Origin: Parcubacteria group bacterium
Lineage (GTDB): Bacteria > Patescibacteriota > Minisyncoccia > Moranbacterales > UBA9337
DNA: 64,000 nt
Reading direction: 5' to 3'
NCBI GenBank assembly: GCA_041662245.1
Contig: JBAZSW010000001.1
Span: forward strand, 119,757-183,756
Shown: positions 38,774 through 47,512 of the stretch, one piece after another
Layout: each line of letters begins with the position of its first letter
Numbering within the stretch: position 1 is the stretch's first letter
The notes under the pieces: generated by a model
Database searches by the model: none
Told to the model about the DNA's origin: nothing
What the model saw: only the letters and a program-made list of their open reading frames with translations
Program-made: the position numbers and the translations under genes

Positions 38774-39655
38774 TTATTTTTTTAGACCAGAAGGATAAAT
38801 GTGAGAAGCTAAAAAAGTATAAGCCCCTGTTACTTCATTGGATTCGGAAGTAATTCCCGGAAATCTATTTACTTCTAATAAATATGGTTTGCCAGTAATT
38901 TTATCAATAATAATATCGGCTCGAGACCAAGAAAGTCCAAGAATTTCACTGGCCTTGATGGCCATAGCTTTGATTTCTTGAGGAATATCTTTTACAGCTA
39001 TAAAATGTTCTGCAGCACCATTACAGGTATTGTTGCGAAATTCTCCTTTGCAGGGATAACTTTTTTCTCCTGCTACAACTACACCATTGGCTACCATTAT
39101 TCCCCAATCGTATTCATTGGCGATAAAGCGTTGAAATAGAAAATTCTTGCCTTTGGGAAGTTCTTTAGTTTTTTCCAAAAGCTCTTCTTTACTAGTAGCA
39201 TAAGCAGAATGTTTTCCTTGACAACCGCGAATATCTTTAATAATAAGAGGAAAATTACAGATTTTTTCAAGAAGATGAATATTTTTTTCGATGTTATTGC
39301 GATTAATGAAAACTGTATCGGGCATTGGCAAATTATTAAGAGCAAAAACCATACAATCAGTTACCTTGGAAGAATTTTTTTCAGCATAGGAATGCGGGGT
39401 CTGAGTAGCTTGAAGATAAAGGCTAATCGCATAAGCGATATCACGTTGATTCCAGCCAGAAGCCAACCAAACAAAAGAAAAATCTTTAATATTTGAGTCG
39501 CGGTGGATAATTTTAACAGTTGAGTTAAAAAAAATAATTTCAATATCTTTGTATTTACCTTTGGTAAGTTTAATGGGAAAAGGAAATTTTTTTATAATTT
39601 GACTGGTATTTTTAACAGTCGGTAGACTAAGTAGGGTAAAAGGTTTTTTTTGCAT
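38774..39655 (-). CDS. RimK-like ATP-grasp ligase
   Basis: FPLIIK..G.QG, FQRFI, FRNN..NG, ADII...YLLEVNRFPG. Confidence 0.85.
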   Translation of the reverse strand: MQKKPFTLLSLPTVKNTSQIIKKFPFPIKLTKGKYKDIEIIFFNSTVKIIHRDSNIKDFSFVWLASGWNQRDIAYAISLYLQATQTPHSYAEKNSSKVTDCMVFALNNLPMPDTVFINRNNIEKNIHLLEKICNFPLIIKDIRGCQGKHSAYATSKEELLEKTKELPKGKNFLFQRFIANEYDWGIMVANGVVVAGEKSYPCKGEFRNNTCNGAAEHFIAVKDIPQEIKAMAIKASEILGLSWSRADIIIDKITGKPYLLEVNRFPGITSESNEVTGAYTFLASHIYPSGLKK

Positions 39656-39917
39656 AAAACAAGAAATTAAAAAATAAAAGATTTCTCGTTTATAAACCTT
39701 TAAAAATGCTAAGAAAGCAAGAAAGGAAGGCCTTATGGCCTAAATTGAGCTAATCAACTGATTATATCACAGAAGAGCCATTTTGTAAAGAGCTTGATTT
39801 TTAAAAGTTCTAAAAAAGAATTTTAGGTTTGGAAAAGTTTGTATTTTTTCTCTTGCTAAAGAATTATCAAAGTTGTAATATGAATGGGTAATTTACTAGT
39901 TTAACCTAATCAGAGTT

Positions 39918-41207
39918 ATGACTACAAAAAAATCAAAAAAGGAGACAGTGTGTGTAATTGGCTTGGGATATGTAGGTCTTCCTCTAGCAGTGCGATCTAA
40001 AGAGCGGGGTTATGAAGTTATAGGAATTGAACTGGATCAAAAAAAAGTTGATTTAATAAACAAAAAGATTTCTCCAATTGAGGATGATTTTTTAACTAAA
40101 AATTTGCCCATCTTTCCCTTTAAAGCAACAAGCAATGCTAAAGAAATAAAAAAAGCGGATATTGTGTTAATTTGTGTGCCAACTCCTGTAGATCAGTTCC
40201 ATAATCCAGATTTATCTCCTGTTATTGGTGCTTGTGAAATGGTGGCTACTAATTTAAAAAAGGGAGCCTTGGTAGTTTTGGAATCAACGGTTAATCCGGG
40301 GGTATCAGAAGAAGTAGTTCGACCAATTTTCGAATCGCACAAACACAAAATTGGGCAAGATGTTTTTATTGCGCATTGTCCTGAGAGAATCAATCCGGGG
40401 GATCCTAAATGGAATGTAACCAATATTCCGCGCGTAGTGGGAGCTTTTACTCCCAAGGGACTTGCTAAGGCAAAAACGTTTTATGAATCAATTGTAGATG
40501 GAATTATCAAACCAATGAAACATATTCGTGAAGCTGAAGCTTGCAAAATAGTAGAAAATTCCTTTCGGGATATTAATATCGCTTTTGTAAATGAATTAGC
40601 TAAATCATTTGATGTGCTTGGGATTGATGTTAAGGATGTTATTGATGGCGCTAGCACTAAACCTTTTGCTTTTATGGCTCATTATCCTGCTTGCGGAATT
40701 GGTGGACATTGTATTCCAGTGGACCCTTACTATTTAATTGAACGTGCCAAAAAGGCTGGATTTGATCACAAATTTTTAAAAACTTCTCGAGCTATTAACA
40801 ACTCTATGCCAGATTATACAGTGGAATTATTGCAGGATAAATTAAATGAGATAAAACTACCCCTTAATGGAACTAATGTAGGAATATTGGGAATTTCTTA
40901 CAAAGCTAATGTAGATGATGATAGAGAATCTCCTTTTTATGGAGTAGTTAAGGCTTTAAAAAAACATAAAGCTAATATTCATACGTTTGATCCCCATATT
41001 AAAGATAAATCTACTTGTAAAAGCCTAGGGGCTCTGCTTAAAAAATCTCAAGCGATAATTTTAGTAACTAGCCATCGAGAGTTTGAAATTCTAACCGGAG
41101 ATTTACTGAAGAAAAATGGAATAAAAGTTATTATTGACGGGAAAAATTTTCTAAATAAAGATGAAATTAAAAAAGCAGGAGTGATTTATAAAGGAATAGG
41201 AAGATAG
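39918..41207 (+). CDS. Nucleotide-sugar dehydrogenase (UDP-GlcNAc/ManNAc type)
   Basis: GLGYVGLPLA, ICVPTP, ESTVNPG, PERINPG, KIVENSFRDINIA, GIGGHCIPVDP. Confidence 0.93.
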   Translation: MTTKKSKKETVCVIGLGYVGLPLAVRSKERGYEVIGIELDQKKVDLINKKISPIEDDFLTKNLPIFPFKATSNAKEIKKADIVLICVPTPVDQFHNPDLSPVIGACEMVATNLKKGALVVLESTVNPGVSEEVVRPIFESHKHKIGQDVFIAHCPERINPGDPKWNVTNIPRVVGAFTPKGLAKAKTFYESIVDGIIKPMKHIREAEACKIVENSFRDINIAFVNELAKSFDVLGIDVKDVIDGASTKPFAFMAHYPACGIGGHCIPVDPYYLIERAKKAGFDHKFLKTSRAINNSMPDYTVELLQDKLNEIKLPLNGTNVGILGISYKANVDDDRESPFYGVVKALKKHKANIHTFDPHIKDKSTCKSLGALLKKSQAIILVTSHREFEILTGDLLKKNGIKVIIDGKNFLNKDEIKKAGVIYKGIGR

Positions 41208-41243
41208 TTTTAAAATAAATACTTAATTTTAAACATTAAGTCA

Positions 41244-41284
41244 AAAATAAAAACATCCCGACAACAGGTTGGGATGTTTTTATT
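41244..41284. terminator. Bidirectional intrinsic terminator
   Basis: AAATAAAAACATCCCGAC-AACAG-GTTGGGATGTTTTTATTT between convergent genes. Confidence 0.75.
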
Positions 41285-41290
41285 TAGATA

Positions 41291-41662
41291 TTATTCTGCA
41301 GAAGGGGTTTCGTTGTTAGTAGTAGGATAAGTTAAATCTTGGGGAACAGTGGGCATATTTTCTTGAAGTTCTTGGGCTTTCTTGCTCCATTCTTCGGCAT
41401 CCTTGCTACTTTGCTCTAATTGGTTTTGGAAGTTTTCAATGTTGGGTTTTTGTTTCTTTATTTCTTGTTTAGCCTTATGATATCCCCAATATCCCAAAAA
41501 TCCCATTATAAGCATGGATAAAACGATAATAATTAAGCATCCGCTGATAATCCAAACCCAAGGAGAGGTTTTTTTCTTTACTTCAATTTGAGGTGTTGCA
41601 GAAGCGGTAGGCGTTGTTGGCGGTGTAGGATTTTGTGGGGTTGCTTTTGGTTCATTGTCCAT
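41291..41662 (-). CDS. Single-TM hypothetical protein
   Basis: Pro/Thr-rich N-terminus, KKKTSPWVWIISGCL TM. Confidence 0.7.
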   Translation of the reverse strand: MDNEPKATPQNPTPPTTPTASATPQIEVKKKTSPWVWIISGCLIIIVLSMLIMGFLGYWGYHKAKQEIKKQKPNIENFQNQLEQSSKDAEEWSKKAQELQENMPTVPQDLTYPTTNNETPSAE

Positions 41663-41797
41663 ATTTTTTTTATTTAATAATTATATTTAATAGGGGATTG
41701 TTTAATTATAACAAAAAATAAAAAAAATAGAAGGTGATGCTTATTTTTCTTTTGGGGATATGTTACAATTAATATGTAAAAATGCATAATAACAAAA

Positions 41798-43600
41798 ATG
41801 AATCAAAAAAAATTAATTTTGATAGTTAGCTTTTTTTTAGCGTTGGCAGTTATTTTTGGAATAACTATTTTTAAGAAAGAAAGATTAAATAATTACCAAG
41901 GAAAAGATGATGCTAAAAGTAGCGCTATTAATAAAAAAATAGATAATAAAAACAACAAAGAAGTAGCTTTAGCCAAATGCAAAGATGGTTGGGAAAGCTA
42001 CAATAATGATGTTTTGGGAATAGGTTTTTGTTACCTCGATTCATGGGGCAAACCGACTATTGAACCCTTAGAAAATTTAACGTTATTAGATGGAGCATTG
42101 ATTGAATATTCTGGCGATGAACACAATGCTTATAATAATTCTTTATTTATTAAATTTAAGGAAAACGAAAAAGAACCCGATGAGAAGGGGAATAATTTGG
42201 AATTGCGCATCTTTAACGAAAATTACAAAGGAGAATACTACCCTAATTCAGAAGCTTATGAAAAAGGTTATATTGATAATGTTGCTGATTTAAAGGCAAA
42301 TAAAAATATTTGTGATTATCAAGTTGAGTTTACTCAACTATGGAAGCAACAGGGCAGAATGACTGAATTTTGGAGTCAATGTAATAAAGGAATAAAAGAC
42401 AGAATTATTATTAATGAAGAATATTTTGATAAAAATATTTATTCCTATAACTTAGAATCTTTGGCCTATCTGAAACTTCAAAATAATTTTTTTGATAATG
42501 TTTTGATCAAAAAAAACTATTTAGCTGTTTCGCAAGTAGAAAAAAATATAAGCAATTTTTCTCAAATATTTGAAACAAAGAATTATCCTAGTACAGTAGA
42601 TAATTCAAAAATAATTTCTCAGGAAAAATATGCCCAACAGAGAGATGATTTTGGTAATTTTGTAAGTAGTATTTATAGCTATAAGCCGATTATTCCTGAG
42701 AAAAAAGATTTTCAAATAACTAATGGTGAAGATAACAAAATAACCCTTATTCGAAAATATTATTGGCTTATCGAAAATCAAAATTTGGAGGAAGCGTATA
42801 AAATGAATAATCGAATTAATATTTCTTTGGATGATTTTAAAGCTTTATATCAAAAAACTAGGTTTGTTCAGGCGAGAGATTTCCAAAAAGTCAATGATAA
42901 CACTTATAAATTTTTTTTAGATTATCAAGATCATAATAATTCTAAGAAAATTTATCGTTTAACTTTAAGAATAATAAATGAAGATAAGCTAGAAATTATC
43001 ACTACTGAAGAAATAGTTTCTGAGATGGTAAAAAGTGGTGATTTTACAGCTTACTCCAAAAAGCAAAATGGAAAAAGTTTTTTAATCTTGGGAAGATATG
43101 GCATAGAGACCGTAATTGATCAGGGAGAAGCTGACTATAGAGAAGATTATTCAAATTTGGAAAACGTTAAATTTTTTAGGGATATTAAATTTTCTGATAA
43201 TGGAAATTATCTAATCTATACAATGTCTGGTTGGGAGTGGTCGATTATCTATATTTATGATATCAACAATGATAAGGAAGCGCTAAGTTTTGATAGTGGA
43301 ACTTATGGATTTTCGGCTGACGAAAAAAGTTTTTTTGTTTGCACTAATGCTGGGATGGTTACTAATCCGGGAGGAATTATCTATAACACTCCTGATTTTA
43401 AAAAACAATTTGAATTATTTGGTTCAGACAAAAATTTAGCCACAGAAGTTCGTTGTAATTATGATAAGGATAAAAACGAGTTAACTTTTATTTATGATAA
43501 GGATTGTTCTGATTTTGATGACAAAAATTGCAAGAAAAACGAAGTTGTCTACTCTTTTAATGAAAATAAAATGATTAGCAGCAAAATTTCTAGTAATTGA
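41798..43600 (+). CDS. Membrane-anchored extracellular hypothetical protein
   Basis: N-terminal TM; WESYNNDVLGIGFCY..W (PsbP-like start); C-terminal beta-rich region. Confidence 0.7.
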   Translation: MNQKKLILIVSFFLALAVIFGITIFKKERLNNYQGKDDAKSSAINKKIDNKNNKEVALAKCKDGWESYNNDVLGIGFCYLDSWGKPTIEPLENLTLLDGALIEYSGDEHNAYNNSLFIKFKENEKEPDEKGNNLELRIFNENYKGEYYPNSEAYEKGYIDNVADLKANKNICDYQVEFTQLWKQQGRMTEFWSQCNKGIKDRIIINEEYFDKNIYSYNLESLAYLKLQNNFFDNVLIKKNYLAVSQVEKNISNFSQIFETKNYPSTVDNSKIISQEKYAQQRDDFGNFVSSIYSYKPIIPEKKDFQITNGEDNKITLIRKYYWLIENQNLEEAYKMNNRINISLDDFKALYQKTRFVQARDFQKVNDNTYKFFLDYQDHNNSKKIYRLTLRIINEDKLEIITTEEIVSEMVKSGDFTAYSKKQNGKSFLILGRYGIETVIDQGEADYREDYSNLENVKFFRDIKFSDNGNYLIYTMSGWEWSIIYIYDINNDKEALSFDSGTYGFSADEKSFFVCTNAGMVTNPGGIIYNTPDFKKQFELFGSDKNLATEVRCNYDKDKNELTFIYDKDCSDFDDKNCKKNEVVYSFNENKMISSKISSN

Positions 43601-43665
43601 TTTTTAATAAAATTGTGAAGTTGTTGTGCTAAACAGCTATTGCAATAAACTAAATAATTAATTTT

Positions 43666-44253
43666 ATGCTCAAGGGATTAACTTACAGTTTAAAAATAAA
43701 AAATGCCATTAGATTTTCCGTTAAAACTCATGAGGTTTATCAGAAGCAGAAAAGGAAAGGTAAAGACATTGCTTATGTTACCCATCCTCTTACGGCAGGG
43801 ATAATTTTAGCTATGGCAGGAGCTAAAGAGGATGTTATTATCGCTGGAATATTGCATGATACTATTGAAGATAGTATTACCGAAAAAAAAGTGGATAAAA
43901 GAATGATAGCCACTAGATTTGGTAAGAGAGTAGCTAAGATTGTGGCTAGTGTAAGTGAAAACAATAAGCTATTGAGTTGGGAACAGAGGAAGGCAGAGGC
44001 TCGAGAAAATATAAAGAAATTTAATCATGACTCAATTTTAGTGAAGTCGGCAGATGTATTGAGTAATGTTACTGAATTGATTGATGATTATATTGTTTGT
44101 GGGAAAGAATCTTTTAGCCGTTTTGGCGGGTCGAAAGAAAAAGTAATTGCCAACTACTTGGAAGTGATAGATATATTATTAAAAGGATGGCCAAATAGTC
44201 CTTTAGCTAAAGACTTAAAAAATTTATCAATAGAATTTAAAAAAATAAAATAG
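43666..44253 (+). CDS. HD-domain (p)ppGpp hydrolase-like protein (small alarmone hydrolase / Mesh1-like)
   Basis: QKRKG...YVTHP, AGILHDTIED, VKSADVLSN. Confidence 0.8.
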   Translation: MLKGLTYSLKIKNAIRFSVKTHEVYQKQKRKGKDIAYVTHPLTAGIILAMAGAKEDVIIAGILHDTIEDSITEKKVDKRMIATRFGKRVAKIVASVSENNKLLSWEQRKAEARENIKKFNHDSILVKSADVLSNVTELIDDYIVCGKESFSRFGGSKEKVIANYLEVIDILLKGWPNSPLAKDLKNLSIEFKKIK

Positions 44254-44352
44254 AACGATTTCAAATTGTTAAATTATCAACCATCACAATTAATCCTTTT
44301 TAAAATAGGGATATTTGTGCTATAATATGGGCATAATTAAAAAATAAATCTT

Positions 44353-46077
44353 ATGATAAAAACAACAAAAAAAGTTATTAAAAAAATTCCCGGAGAATTG
44401 CATCATCATGCTATGCTGGCAATTTTTTTTGGATTATTGGCGGTAAGTTTTTCTCTTTTGGCAATGAAAAATTTGGCTAATGCCCAAGATTCGACAATAA
44501 CTGACAGAGTGGCGTGTTCTTATATTACAGGAGATTGGAGTGATTGTGATTCAACTGGAACCCAGACCAGAACAATTACTAGAACTCCTGATAATTGTTA
44601 TGATACTAATACTATTCCATCAAAAACGCAAAGCTGTACATATGCTGTTCCTTGCTCTTTTTCTTATAATGCTTGGGGAACATGTGATTCGACAGGCTAC
44701 CAAACCAGAAGTGTTTCGTCCAGAACTCCTGAAGGTTGCTATGATTCAGTTAACCCTATTTTAAAACAGCCATGCACCTATTCTGTGACTGTTGCTAGTG
44801 CAGTAAAAATTTCTTGTTCCTATAACTTAAGTAGTTGGGGTGAGTGTAAATCTTCTGGCAAGCAAAGTAGGACAATAATTTCTAAAACTCCCGTAGGATG
44901 TTTTGAAACCGATTTACCAAAATTGGAGCGTTTATGTGATTATGGCTCAGCTAGTAGAACAGTGGGTACTCAAGAAAACAATAATGTTACTCCTTATTTC
45001 AATTTCTTAAATTTAAGCGGAGGAGAAGTTGTTAGCGGTGAAATAAAAATTCAGGGAACTGTGGATGTTGCTAATAGTATTGAATTTTATTTGTTACCAG
45101 CGGAATCCAATAATCCGAAATATCTTGGTTTAGCCAAATATATTGGACAAAAAACTTGGGAATATACTCTAGATTCAAAGAGTCAGCCTAATGGATCTTT
45201 TCATATTTATACTAAAATTAAAAATGCTTATGGTGTTTACGATGGGGAAAAGAGGATGTTGATTATTTTAAATGCTAATGAAGAAATGCAAAATGCAGGA
45301 AACAAATCAGAAGAAACAGGCAATGGAGCTAATAATAGAATAAGCAATGAGTGGCAAAATAAATATTTTAAATCGGATAATTGCTTAGATCAAAGTATTT
45401 GTGGAGGAGAAGTTGATCCTGATAGGGACGGGGTGAGTAATAATGAAGAATATCGTTTAGGTTTAAATCCGACTAATCCAGATACTGATCAAGATGGATT
45501 TTTAGATGGCGACGAAATAAAAAATGGTTTTGATCCACTTAAATCTTCTCCTGGAGATAAAAGTGATAAAATGGTTTTTGAGAGTCCTAAAGAAAAAGGA
45601 GAAATTAAAAAAGATGAATATAAAGTTGAAACCGTAGAGCTTGCTAATTTTCAAGAAGGTAAGAAACTTAAATTAACAGGAAGGGCTTTGCCTAACACTT
45701 ATGTAACTATTTATATTTACAGTGATCCAATCGTTTTAACAGTCAAAACTGATGCAGATGGTAACTGGTCTTATGTTCTAGATAAAGATTTAGAGGATGG
45801 TAATCATCAGGTATATGTAGCAGTAACAGATAATACCGGAAAGATAACTGCTAAAAGTGAACCATTGGCTTTCGTAAAAACCGCTGAGGCCGCTAGCATT
45901 GTTTCGCCAGCAGAAGCTTCCGCAGGAGATCGGGCGGTTTCACCAACTAAATCTTGGTCAAATAATGGCTTGTATTTCTTTATTACTTTAGGCTTAGGGG
46001 CGTTAGCTTTAGCGGTGGCTGTTTTAGGACTAATTAAACATAACTTAAATAAAAAAGAGGAAAATAGACTAGTTTAA
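44353..46077 (+). CDS. Surface protein with 3 thrombospondin-type-1-like repeats, Ca-binding DxDxDG repeats, Ig-like domains and a C-terminal TM
   Basis: W(S/G)xC.S.G.Q.R...C...C x3; DPDRDGVSNNEE...DTDQDGFLDGDE; DADGNWSY...LEDGNHQV. Confidence 0.75.
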   Translation: MIKTTKKVIKKIPGELHHHAMLAIFFGLLAVSFSLLAMKNLANAQDSTITDRVACSYITGDWSDCDSTGTQTRTITRTPDNCYDTNTIPSKTQSCTYAVPCSFSYNAWGTCDSTGYQTRSVSSRTPEGCYDSVNPILKQPCTYSVTVASAVKISCSYNLSSWGECKSSGKQSRTIISKTPVGCFETDLPKLERLCDYGSASRTVGTQENNNVTPYFNFLNLSGGEVVSGEIKIQGTVDVANSIEFYLLPAESNNPKYLGLAKYIGQKTWEYTLDSKSQPNGSFHIYTKIKNAYGVYDGEKRMLIILNANEEMQNAGNKSEETGNGANNRISNEWQNKYFKSDNCLDQSICGGEVDPDRDGVSNNEEYRLGLNPTNPDTDQDGFLDGDEIKNGFDPLKSSPGDKSDKMVFESPKEKGEIKKDEYKVETVELANFQEGKKLKLTGRALPNTYVTIYIYSDPIVLTVKTDADGNWSYVLDKDLEDGNHQVYVAVTDNTGKITAKSEPLAFVKTAEAASIVSPAEASAGDRAVSPTKSWSNNGLYFFITLGLGALALAVAVLGLIKHNLNKKEENRLV

Positions 46078-46089
46078 GTTTTTAAATTT

Positions 46090-47439
46090 ATGAAGAATCT
46101 TTTTGCTAGAGCTATCTCTTTTATCAAAGAAAATCCAAGCGTTATGTATTCTTTGGTTTTAGTTCTTTTGGTGCCGATAGCTTTTTTTATTAACACTTAT
46201 CTTGTTAATTTGAGTTATGAAGAGGACCTTAACAAGATAACTCAGAGAAAAGCGATTTTAATCGAGGATATTTTAGAAAATGTCATAGCCAAAGAAGCAA
46301 ACAACGCTGATAAAATTCAAGAAATCATTGGCAATATTATTTCAGAAGATAGTGAGGTAGTCTCTTTAACTGTGAGTAATTTTCAAAATCAAACCAATGA
46401 TTTTAAAATAGTAGCAGCTAGCGACAAAAATTTGGTTGGTAATATTCAACCTGACAATATGCAAAACATGATTGCTTGGACAAATCCTGAAGGGATAGCT
46501 TTTTTAGATGAGAAAAATAATGAAAGATTTTGGAAGGTTACAAAAATACTTAAAAGCAATTCGGAAGAAAAAATCGGATTAATTTCGATGTCTTTATCTC
46601 TAGCCAGTACTGATTTTTTAATCAATAGAACTATCAGAAATTCTTATTGGGTTTTATTTGTTACTATAATTATAGTTTTACTTTTTGTCTCTAACCAAGC
46701 GCGCCTATTTGGGTATGCTTTGATGGTTACCAAGTTGAAAGAGATTGATAAAATGAAAGATATGTTCATCTCTATGGCCAGTCATGAATTACGTTCTCCT
46801 TTGGGAGCGATGAAAGGTTATGTCGATTTCTTAAAAGATAAAAAAGAAATTTTAGCAGATGAAGATGCCAACCATTATGTGTCTAATATCTCTCTCTCCA
46901 TTGAACGTCTCAATGGATTAGTCGCTGATATGCTGGAGGTATCTAGGATTGAAGGTAATCGCATGCCGATGGAGATTTCTGAAATTAATCCTAATAAAGT
47001 AATTTCTGAATCTGTTGAAGAAATAAAATCACAAGCTATTCAAAAAGGCTTGAAATTAATTTATACTCCTCCCATTGATGATAAATTGATTATTTTAGCG
47101 GATGTTAATCGATTGAAACAAGTATTGATAAATTTAATTGGGAATTCTATTAAGTATACACCTGCCGGTTCAGTAACTGTTAGTGTGGTGGCAAAAAATA
47201 ACGAGTTGGGGATAACTATCGCTGATACAGGAATTGGAATTTCTTCAGAGGATCAGGCCAACTTGTTTAATAAATTTCATAGAATTCAAAATGAAAAAAC
47301 AAAGAACATTATTGGAACTGGACTGGGCCTTTGGATAACTATGGAAATAGTCAAAAGAATGAATGGAAGGATTACGATTGAAAGTATTGAAGGCGTAGGT
47401 TCTCATTTTACTGTTTATCTTCCTGTGGTTAAAAAATAA
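46090..47439 (+). CDS. Sensor histidine kinase
   Basis: 2 TM; ASHELRSPL, NLIGNSIKY, DTGIGI, GTGLGL. Confidence 0.92.
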   Translation: MKNLFARAISFIKENPSVMYSLVLVLLVPIAFFINTYLVNLSYEEDLNKITQRKAILIEDILENVIAKEANNADKIQEIIGNIISEDSEVVSLTVSNFQNQTNDFKIVAASDKNLVGNIQPDNMQNMIAWTNPEGIAFLDEKNNERFWKVTKILKSNSEEKIGLISMSLSLASTDFLINRTIRNSYWVLFVTIIIVLLFVSNQARLFGYALMVTKLKEIDKMKDMFISMASHELRSPLGAMKGYVDFLKDKKEILADEDANHYVSNISLSIERLNGLVADMLEVSRIEGNRMPMEISEINPNKVISESVEEIKSQAIQKGLKLIYTPPIDDKLIILADVNRLKQVLINLIGNSIKYTPAGSVTVSVVAKNNELGITIADTGIGISSEDQANLFNKFHRIQNEKTKNIIGTGLGLWITMEIVKRMNGRITIESIEGVGSHFTVYLPVVKK

Positions 47440-47512
47440 TGTACTAACTTAAAATATAATTTTTCCAATGAACCAAGTCTTTTTAAAATAGATTTGGTTG
47501 TTATCTTAAAAT

